DNA of 64,000 nucleotides from Candidatus Latescibacterota bacterium. Its GTDB lineage: Bacteria > Latescibacterota > UBA2968. The DNA lies in contig OZ244960.1 in the NCBI GenBank assembly GCA_965222605.1, positions 2,464,001-2,528,000 of the forward strand, in the 5' to 3' direction. The translations under genes and the position numbers were made by a program. Position 1 is the first letter of the stretch, and each line of letters begins with the position of its first letter. Of this stretch, positions 19,975 through 27,693 are shown piece by piece. The notes below the pieces were generated by a model. The model was not told where the DNA came from and ran no database searches. It worked only from the letters and a program-made list of their open reading frames with translations.

Positions 19975-20834
19975 AATACTCGAGACGGCTCGTTATTATC
20001 CCGTATTTTTGTCTGGCCACACTGCCCCTGTGCTGGCTATTTCTCACCTCCCTGAAAACTCAGGAAGCAGCGATCAGTTCCACAGCCTCTCTTATCCCGA
20101 CCCCCGCTGAGAACATCGCGCCCGGAGACCTGAGTTTTTCGGCCACATTGGACGCCTATCGCAAACTGGCAACACCACATACGGGCAAAGCACACGCATT
20201 TTTTCACTACCTCCTCAACAGCGTCATCATCGGCCTGCTCAGCACCTTGACATCGGTCGTCCTCGGAACGGGTTGCGCGTATGGATTTAGCCGATTTCGC
20301 ATTGCAGGTGCGCGGGATTGGCTGTTCTTCATTCTCTCGACCCGCTTCCTGCCCCCGCTTGCCGTCGTAATTCCCGTATTGATGATGTACCGCGTCTTTA
20401 ATCTGCCCAATACACACCTGGGCCTCATCCTCCTCTACACAGCATTTAATCTCTCGCTCGCGGTCTGGCTGATGAAGGGATTCATAGACGAAATACCCCG
20501 GGCGTATGAAGAAGCCGCCCTCGTTGATGGATACAGCCCATTTCAAGCATTTTACAAAATCATCTTGCCCCACTCTGCAACCGGCATGGCGGTAACAGCT
20601 GTTTTCTGTCTCATATCCGCCTGGAATGAATACGGTTTCGCGCTCGCACTCAACAACGCCGAAGCCGTAACCGTACCCGTCTATTTTGCCGGGCTTCAGG
20701 GCAACATCCAGGGCATTCCCTGGCCGCAAGTTGCTGCGGGCGTTCTCATCTTTGTCGTGCCAATTGCGGTTTTTACAGTACTCGTCCGCAACCATCTGCT
20801 GCGGGGTGTGACATTTGGAACGATTAAACAGTGA
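19971..20834 (+). CDS. Carbohydrate ABC transporter permease (MalG-like)
   Basis: YEEAALVDG, AWNEY. GTGA overlap with the upstream gene. Confidence 0.92.
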   Translation: MKYSRRLVIIPYFCLATLPLCWLFLTSLKTQEAAISSTASLIPTPAENIAPGDLSFSATLDAYRKLATPHTGKAHAFFHYLLNSVIIGLLSTLTSVVLGTGCAYGFSRFRIAGARDWLFFILSTRFLPPLAVVIPVLMMYRVFNLPNTHLGLILLYTAFNLSLAVWLMKGFIDEIPRAYEEAALVDGYSPFQAFYKIILPHSATGMAVTAVFCLISAWNEYGFALALNNAEAVTVPVYFAGLQGNIQGIPWPQVAAGVLIFVVPIAVFTVLVRNHLLRGVTFGTIKQ

Positions 20835-20837
20835 ACC

Positions 20838-21896
20838 ATGCCATTTCTCGAACTTCAAAATCTCCAGAAAACCTATCCCGATGGCACGCGGGCAGTCAGG
20901 GGTATTGACCTGCAAGTTGACAAAGGAGAATTTATCGTCCTTCTGGGTCCCTCGGGATGTGGAAAAACAACCACATTGCGGATGATCGCGGGACTGGAGG
21001 ATCCAACCGGCGGACGGATCACACTCGACAATCAAAATGTCACACATCTGCCGCCATCTCAACGCGATGTGGGATTTGTCTTTCAGTTTTACGCGCTCTA
21101 CCCGCACATGACCGTTCAAAAAAACATCGCGTTTCCGCTTGAGAACATCGGCACATCCCCCTCAGATATCGAAGCGGCGCTTGATCGCGTTGCACACGCT
21201 CTGGGCATAGAGGCATTGCTCAACCAGTATCCCAGGCAACTTTCAGGCGGCGATCAACAGCGCGTTTCTCTCGCGCGTGCAATGATACGCACGCCGGATA
21301 TCTATCTCATGGATGAACCTCTGGGCACACTCGACGCAGAACATCGATTGGAACTCAGAGCATTTATACGCCGCCAACAACTGGCACTTTCTATAACAGC
21401 GATCTACGTCACACACGACCAGGAAGAAGCTATGAGCCTGGCAGATCGCATTGTGGTCATGGACGACGGCAAAATCAGACAAATCGGGTCCCCATCAGAA
21501 ATCTACAATCATCCCGCGGATCTCTTTGTCGCAAATTTTGTCGGCAGCCCGGGCATGAATCTCTTAAACGGACAAATTGTGCAACACGGGGACGGTCTAA
21601 CTTTTACCCGTCGGGATTCAGACATTCACATCCCCATCCACACCAACATCGCGCCCGCGCAGGTCGTCTTTGGCATGCGCCCGGAATTTATCCGCCCTGC
21701 CAATCGCGGCATCCCGGGCAAAGTCATCCTCAGCGAATACCTGGGCAGCCACGGTTACGTATATATAGATACGCCAATAGGCGAACTGATCATGCGTTCA
21801 ACTGACCGCTTTGCCATCGGAGAAAAAATTCATCTGCACCTGAATGAGGCACATATTCGCCTGTTCGATCCAGATACCGGAACAGCCCTCGCATGA
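20838..21896 (+). CDS. Carbohydrate ABC transporter ATPase (MalK-like)
   Basis: GPSGCGKTT, LSGGDQQR, LMDEP, YVTHDQ. Confidence 0.93.
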   Translation: MPFLELQNLQKTYPDGTRAVRGIDLQVDKGEFIVLLGPSGCGKTTTLRMIAGLEDPTGGRITLDNQNVTHLPPSQRDVGFVFQFYALYPHMTVQKNIAFPLENIGTSPSDIEAALDRVAHALGIEALLNQYPRQLSGGDQQRVSLARAMIRTPDIYLMDEPLGTLDAEHRLELRAFIRRQQLALSITAIYVTHDQEEAMSLADRIVVMDDGKIRQIGSPSEIYNHPADLFVANFVGSPGMNLLNGQIVQHGDGLTFTRRDSDIHIPIHTNIAPAQVVFGMRPEFIRPANRGIPGKVILSEYLGSHGYVYIDTPIGELIMRSTDRFAIGEKIHLHLNEAHIRLFDPDTGTALA

Positions 21897-22984
21897 ACAA
21901 CCCATTTCTCAAAATCGATAACCTGTCCAAAAATTATGGCGAGACGCAGGCACTCTCGGAAATTTCACTATCTCTCTACGCCGAAGAACTCCTCGTCATC
22001 CTTGGACCAACAGGTGCGGGCAAAACAACGCTCTTGCGCATCATCGCGGGCCTCGAAACAGCGGATACCGGACGTATAACCGTCAATGGCGCAGACATAA
22101 CCCATCAGCTACCCGCAGAACGCGATATCGCCCTCGTCTTTCAGAACTTCTCACTCTACCCCAACAAAACCGTGCGCCAGAATCTCGAATTTCCACTACA
22201 AGCACCCGGGCGCAACCTCTCCAAAACAGACATAGCAAACAGAATCTCTCATACCGCCGACCTGCTTCGCATAACCCCGCTTCTACATCGATCCGCCACG
22301 CACTTATCCGGCGGCGAAATGCAGCGCGTTGCAATCGGACGCGCCATCGTGCGCCAACCCCAACTCTTTCTCCTGGACGAACCCCTCACAAACCTGGATG
22401 CAAAATTGCGCGAAGTGTTGCGGATCGAACTCATCCGCCTCCAGCGCGACCTGCGCACACCCGTGATTTACGTCACCCACGACTGGGTTGAAGCCCTCTC
22501 AATGGGCGACCGAATCGCCGTATTGTCCGAAGGGAAAATTCTGCAAATCGGTTCTCCCGAAGAAATCTACCAACAGCCCAATTCTCTGACCGTCGCCCGT
22601 CAACTGGGCTATCCCCCCATCAATACAATAGACGTCCACAAACAGCGAAACCAATGGTTCACAGCCTCGAATTGTGCCATCATGGCCGCAGACCACAACG
22701 CCCCTTCAAACGCGACCCTCGGTATCCGCGGGGAAGATATTTCACCCCATGGAGGCGAAACTCCCGCGACCATCGAAGTCATCGAAGACCTCGGCGCATC
22801 GACCATCTTGCTCGCCGACTGGGCAGGTCAATCCATCCAGATTTTGACTTCCGGCGAGCAACAGTGGCACGTCGGAGATGAGATATACCCGTCTATTGAT
22901 GTAGACCGCGTTTTGGTGTGGGAAACCACCGCACAGGTGGCACCAACCACCTACAATGAGCGAAGCGAATATCAACACAGATGA
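21893..22984 (+). CDS. Second carbohydrate ABC transporter ATPase
   Basis: GPTGAGKTT, LSGGEMQR, LLDEP, YVTHD. Confidence 0.93.
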   Translation: MNNPFLKIDNLSKNYGETQALSEISLSLYAEELLVILGPTGAGKTTLLRIIAGLETADTGRITVNGADITHQLPAERDIALVFQNFSLYPNKTVRQNLEFPLQAPGRNLSKTDIANRISHTADLLRITPLLHRSATHLSGGEMQRVAIGRAIVRQPQLFLLDEPLTNLDAKLREVLRIELIRLQRDLRTPVIYVTHDWVEALSMGDRIAVLSEGKILQIGSPEEIYQQPNSLTVARQLGYPPINTIDVHKQRNQWFTASNCAIMAADHNAPSNATLGIRGEDISPHGGETPATIEVIEDLGASTILLADWAGQSIQILTSGEQQWHVGDEIYPSIDVDRVLVWETTAQVAPTTYNERSEYQHR

Positions 22985-22995
22985 ACAGGGATGAA
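22973..22995 (+). repeat. Degenerate copy of the 10-mer repeat element
   Basis: CAACACAGAT-GAACAGGGAT-GAA, overlapping the ATPase stop codon. Confidence 0.55.
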
Positions 22996-23021
22996 AACCC
23001 GTAGATCATGAGTATCGGTTG

Positions 23022-23050
23022 TTTACTTTGCGACTGGGTTTGGATATATT
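23022..23050 (+). promoter_or_regulatory. Putative sigma70 promoter of the toxin-antitoxin pair
   Basis: TTTACT-17 bp-TATATT. Confidence 0.5.
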
Positions 23051-23104
23051 CTATGGGTGACCATTACTGGGATGCCTCTCTCATTTTTAAGGAGGACAAT
23101 CACA

Positions 23105-23335
23105 ATGAGCAATGATATAACTACAGAAGCGACAGTCACGCTGAGCATTCAGCAACTGGAAGGACTTATCCGCAAGGTGGTGCGTGAAGAACTCATCGAA
23201 TTTGCAAAACAGAAACCAGAAATTTTCAACCTCGATAAGAACGCTCCACTTTATGAGGATATGGAGGATATTCTTAAAAGAAAAAAATCAGGTCAATTGA
23301 AGTTTTATACGCACGCAGAAATTTGGGATGAATGA
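23105..23335 (+). CDS. Putative type II antitoxin
   Basis: AAGGAGG RBS. 76 aa, LEGLIRKVVREEL, C-terminal YTHAEIWDE. Overlaps the toxin start by 8 bp. Confidence 0.7.
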   Translation: MSNDITTEATVTLSIQQLEGLIRKVVREELIEFAKQKPEIFNLDKNAPLYEDMEDILKRKKSGQLKFYTHAEIWDE

Positions 23336-23657
23336 ATATCACGCGTTTTATGAGGGTCGATTCGCCCGAAACCTTTCTCGCTACTCGAATATACGCCAGC
23401 GCATCAAGAGAAGAGTTGAGCAGATTCTCAAAAATCCTTATGATCGCACAGAACGTCTTGGGCAGGTTTCTGGGGGATTAGATTTGCGGGGTTGCCGCAG
23501 TGCTCGGGTGGGTAGAAACTTCAGATTGATTTTTGTTATCTGTGAAGAATGCCGGTATATACAAGCGTGTCAGTATTGCCTTTGCGAGGGCAGAGAAGAT
23601 AAAACAATTGTTTTCTTAACGGTTGGGCCACACAATAGGGCTTATACGATGAGATGA
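23328..23657 (+). CDS. RelE/YafQ-like toxin with a Cys-rich insertion
   Basis: Basic 109-aa protein. ILKNPY..ERL, LRGCRSARVGRNFRLIF, IVFLTVGPH..AY. Confidence 0.75.
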   Translation: MNEYHAFYEGRFARNLSRYSNIRQRIKRRVEQILKNPYDRTERLGQVSGGLDLRGCRSARVGRNFRLIFVICEECRYIQACQYCLCEGREDKTIVFLTVGPHNRAYTMR

Positions 23658-23773
23658 ACATAGAGCGAATGAAAAATGTCAAATGCAAAAAAAATGATCC
23701 ATACCAGTGTCCAGCCTTGAGATATTTTAGCCAGCGTTGGATTCGTAACGCGATTTCCCTTATGTTCACCATC

Positions 23774-23809
23774 AAAAAACCGCTCTTTAAATTCAAAGAG
23801 CGGTTTTTT
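23774..23809. terminator. Rho-independent terminator
   Basis: AAAAAACCGCTCTTT-aaattc-AAAGAGCGGTTTTTT. Confidence 0.8.
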
Positions 23810-23907
23810 ATTTTTTTATACGTCATGTGATTCAGGCTTGCTGGAAGAACCTTCTCATTTTATACTGTGTTTTGACAATATCTCTATTAAACCCCAAGAG
23901 GTTCGTT

Positions 23908-24903
23908 ATGAAAAAAATGCATTTGTTCAATCTCACCCTCTTGTTGATCTCATTGACCTCAGGTCTGTTTATAGGTTGTGGCGGTACAGGACTTTTTGTT
24001 ACGGTAACACAGCCGGCTGAAGTTAATCTAAAAGATTTTGACAAGATTGCGGTTGGAGAAATTAAAGGTTCGGGAAGCGGAGTCTTATCGGCACTAAGCG
24101 ATCTTGTCCAGGTTGCAGGAGGCGGAGAAACTAAAGACTCAGGAAGCCATAAATTCTCCGCCGAGTTGACACAGGTCCTCTTTGAATCTGAACGATTTGA
24201 AGTACTGGATTACGAGAGCCTGAAGATGGGTTTTAGTCAGAACAATCTTATCGGAAAAATCGCCCTCATCTCTGGCACTATTTCAGAATACAACTACAGC
24301 GAGGATTTAACCCACAAAGATGTTGAGCAAAAAGATAAAAAGACGGGTGAAGTCAAAACCACGCGAACATACTATCGCAAAGGGACCGCAAAGGTAAGTG
24401 TCAGCCTGCGTATTGTGGATTTGCACACATCAAAAATTTTGGTAACCAGGAAGTTTGACAAATCTGCGAGCGCAAAAGAATCAAGGAAGAATTCAAAGCC
24501 GCCCCGTATTGATCGCTCGCGCCTTTTTGAGGCGTGCCAAAAGCAAATTATTCGCTCTTTTATGCGGATGATTGTGCCTTATACCGAGCGTGTGTATGTC
24601 TCATTTGAAACCGACAAAGAAATGCCAGAATTGGAACGTGGCTTTAGAATGATCAAGCTGGGCAATTGGGATACCGCGCTTGACATCTTTCAAAGGGTAA
24701 CCGAGACTTATCCCAATTCCCCTTTAGTCCATAAGGCATATTACAATCTTGGTCTGGGCTATATGTACACGGATCAGTTCGATCAAGCGCGAACAGCATT
24801 AGAAGAAGCCTATACCAGAAAGCCTGAAGCAAAATATCTGAATGCCATCAAAAAACTGAATGTACGCATTGAAGATAAGCGTCGGCTGAAAGAGCAGATG
24901 TGA
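23908..24903 (+). CDS. Lipoprotein with a CsgG/HfaB-like domain and C-terminal TPR
   Basis: Lipobox LFIGC, SERFEVLD, VSLRIVDLHTSKIL, AYYNLGLGY. Confidence 0.72.
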   Translation: MKKMHLFNLTLLLISLTSGLFIGCGGTGLFVTVTQPAEVNLKDFDKIAVGEIKGSGSGVLSALSDLVQVAGGGETKDSGSHKFSAELTQVLFESERFEVLDYESLKMGFSQNNLIGKIALISGTISEYNYSEDLTHKDVEQKDKKTGEVKTTRTYYRKGTAKVSVSLRIVDLHTSKILVTRKFDKSASAKESRKNSKPPRIDRSRLFEACQKQIIRSFMRMIVPYTERVYVSFETDKEMPELERGFRMIKLGNWDTALDIFQRVTETYPNSPLVHKAYYNLGLGYMYTDQFDQARTALEEAYTRKPEAKYLNAIKKLNVRIEDKRRLKEQM

Positions 24904-25074
24904 TTTTCTCAGAGGAGTGATGATGTTCAATTGGTTTCAAGAGATCACGATGGGACGATTGAGGGATGTCCTCCTGAGTTCTTCAAAGAGCAGTTAAAGA
25001 ATGAACGCAAAAAAGGGGATGAAAACCAGTCAAGCAGAGGGCGTAGCAATAACCATTGACAGGAGGAACCGACT

Positions 25075-25329
25075 GTGGAAGCGTTTATTATTATGATCAC
25101 TCTCGTTATAGTAGTTCTGGTACTTGGTGGCTGGTGGGCAAAGAGCACCTTTGGCTGCTGCTGCCACGAGTGTGGATCCAAAATGCGGCCATTCGAAAAA
25201 TTGTCTGATGGTGACAAGTCCGATATCCTGGCGTACTTCAGGCGTTTTGAGGACCGCGAGCCAGATGAGGAGGGCATTTTCGAAGGAAATAATCAAAGAC
25301 TCACCCGACTCAAGGTGGGGTCTATTTGA
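25075..25329 (+). CDS. Small membrane-anchored protein with a CxxC motif, possibly truncated
   Basis: AGGAGG RBS with GTG start. N-terminal TM helix, then CCCHECGSKM. Confidence 0.5.
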   Translation: MEAFIIMITLVIVVLVLGGWWAKSTFGCCCHECGSKMRPFEKLSDGDKSDILAYFRRFEDREPDEEGIFEGNNQRLTRLKVGSI

Positions 25330-25366
25330 AGCTGAATAAACGACCATCTGCAAAACGGATCGAAAC

Positions 25367-25397
25367 AAAAAAGCCGACGCGCAAACGCCGGCTTTTT
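25367..25397. terminator. Bidirectional terminator between convergent genes
   Basis: AAAAAAGCCG...CGGCTTTTT. Confidence 0.7.
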
Positions 25398-25417
25398 ATT
25401 TTTACCCAGTTCACCTC

Positions 25418-27583
25418 TCAAGATGAACCATTTGAAAGGGCTTCAAGGCGATAAACAGAGATAATATTGGGAATCTTGCGGAGGTTTTGTAGGAGTTCTT
25501 CGAGATGGTCGGCATTTTTAATCTCGACCTGGAATTGGTTGTCAATTTCCTCACGCCTAGTCTCGATACTGGCGCCCACAATGGGAATACCGAGATTGGA
25601 CATAACCTGTGTCATATCGGACAACAAATTGGTGCGATTCTTACCAGTGACCTGAATAGTTGCAGTAAAAGTTTCTGTCAGATCGGTTTCCCAGTCAAGC
25701 TCAACCACGCGACCCGGATCAGAAGACAAATTGGGCAAATTGGAACACCCCCGACGATGGACAGAAATGCCGCGTCCGCGCGTGACAATGCCAATAACCG
25801 GATCGCCCGCAATCGGATTGCAGCAGCGGGCATACTGGACCATCAGATCGTGCAAACCGTGAATGCGCAGAGCCTCTGTATTTTTTTTCCAGCTTTCTTT
25901 TTTAATATCGCCAAGAGGCTCGCGTGCCTTTGGAAAAAGCTGATTAATAAATTTGCCAATTGAAATATCGCCATTGCCTATCGCGGCAAAAAGATGATCT
26001 GTATCTTCTTGTTCAAATGCTTCGGCTACCTTTCTTAGTTCTTCTTTGCTCGCGCGCTTGCGCCGCTGTCGCAACTCGCGATCAACCATATCGCGCCCCA
26101 GACGAATACTTTGATTAAAAGCCTCCTCGCGCAGCGCGCGTCGAATACAACTTCGCGCCTTGGCACTCTTGACAAAATCGAGCCAATCGCGATGCGGATG
26201 CTGGTGCGACGACGTAATAATCTCAACCGTCTGCCCTGTTTCAAGCGGCGTGGATAGTGGCACCATCTGGCTATCAATGCGGGCGCCCACGCAACGATTG
26301 CCAATTTCGGTATGTACTGCAAAGGCAAAATCGATGGGCGTGGCCTCACCCGGAAGCTGAATCAAATCGCCCTGGGGTGTAAAAACATAAATTTCATTTG
26401 AAAAGAGATCGACCTTGAGTTCTTCGATAAATTCTTGAGGATCTGATGCATCGCCCTGCCACTCGAGCATATTGCGAAGCCCGTCTATGTGTTGATCGAA
26501 TTCCGACCTTTCGGGAGACCCCTCTTTGTACAACCAGTGTGCTGCAATGCCCACTTCTGCTGTCTGGTGCATCTCGTGGGTGCGTATCTGCACTTCAATC
26601 ATCAACCCGCGCGGGCCTATGACCGTCGTATGCAAAGATTGGTACATATTGCTCTTGGGCGTTGCAATAAAATCCTTGAACCGGGGCATAACCGGTGTAT
26701 AAAGCGAATGAATCATACCCAGAACGTGATAACATTCCTGGACAGTATCGACCAGTATGCGGATAGCTAACAAATCGTAGATATCTTCAAAACCTTTGCT
26801 CCGCGTTTGCATCTTCCGGTGAATACTGAAGAAATTTTTGGGACGTCCCGTGATCTCCCCTCGAATATTTTCTTCTTTGAGTATTTTTTGCAGCGGCACG
26901 CGCATCTCTTCGATATACGCCTCGCGTTCTCGTCTCTTGAGGCGGATCTTTTCTCTAATACCGCGATACGCTTCGGGATCGAGCTGCTTGAGGGACAGAT
27001 CTTCAAGCTCCCACCGAATACGCGCAATCCCCAAACGATGCGCGAGAGGCGCGTAAATATCGAGACTTTCTCGCGCCATGCGCTCGCGCATTTCAGGGGG
27101 CAGGGGATCCAGCGTGCGCATGTTGTGCAGACGTTCGCAAAACTTAATGAGAACAACGCGCAAGTCGTTGATCATAGACAGAAACATCTTGCGGAAATTT
27201 TCGGCTTGCTGCGCCTCTTGCGATTGGAAGGACAGATCTTTGATTTTCGTGACACCGTCAACCAGATCGGCAATATGGGAACCAAAATGACGCGCGATTT
27301 GCGCGTGGGTCGCCGTGCCGTGCGCTATGGTATCGTGCAAAATACCAGCCACCAGAGTCGAAGTGTCCTGATTGAGATCTATCAGGATGCGACCAACCTC
27401 AAGAGCATGTACAATATACGGCTGGCCCGACTTGCGAAATTGGTCCTGGTGTGCCTTTTTGGCAAAATAAAAGGCGCGGGTCAAGAGTTTTACATTGTGA
27501 TCGGAACGGCTTTGAAGAGCATGCTGGAGAAATGCGTCAAAGATGGGATCATCTGCGAGGGTTTTTTGGGGGAGTGTAGGCAC
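25418..27583 (-). CDS. rel: Long RelA/SpoT homologue, (p)ppGpp synthetase
   Basis: RKSGQPY, YAPLAHRLG, RFKD, YQSLHT, EVQIRT, GIAAHW; TGS (DFAFAVHT), CCNPIAGD and ACT domains. Confidence 0.95.
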   Translation of the reverse strand: MPTLPQKTLADDPIFDAFLQHALQSRSDHNVKLLTRAFYFAKKAHQDQFRKSGQPYIVHALEVGRILIDLNQDTSTLVAGILHDTIAHGTATHAQIARHFGSHIADLVDGVTKIKDLSFQSQEAQQAENFRKMFLSMINDLRVVLIKFCERLHNMRTLDPLPPEMRERMARESLDIYAPLAHRLGIARIRWELEDLSLKQLDPEAYRGIREKIRLKRREREAYIEEMRVPLQKILKEENIRGEITGRPKNFFSIHRKMQTRSKGFEDIYDLLAIRILVDTVQECYHVLGMIHSLYTPVMPRFKDFIATPKSNMYQSLHTTVIGPRGLMIEVQIRTHEMHQTAEVGIAAHWLYKEGSPERSEFDQHIDGLRNMLEWQGDASDPQEFIEELKVDLFSNEIYVFTPQGDLIQLPGEATPIDFAFAVHTEIGNRCVGARIDSQMVPLSTPLETGQTVEIITSSHQHPHRDWLDFVKSAKARSCIRRALREEAFNQSIRLGRDMVDRELRQRRKRASKEELRKVAEAFEQEDTDHLFAAIGNGDISIGKFINQLFPKAREPLGDIKKESWKKNTEALRIHGLHDLMVQYARCCNPIAGDPVIGIVTRGRGISVHRRGCSNLPNLSSDPGRVVELDWETDLTETFTATIQVTGKNRTNLLSDMTQVMSNLGIPIVGASIETRREEIDNQFQVEIKNADHLEELLQNLRKIPNIISVYRLEALSNGSS

Positions 27584-27693
27584 GGCAACCTCCGCGCTAT
27601 GGGATATATTTCATGGGCTATTATAAAAAATATAGTCAATTTTTGGGGGGAAACCAGCAACCCCTTTCTCCTCGGGCTACTGGTCATACATCA

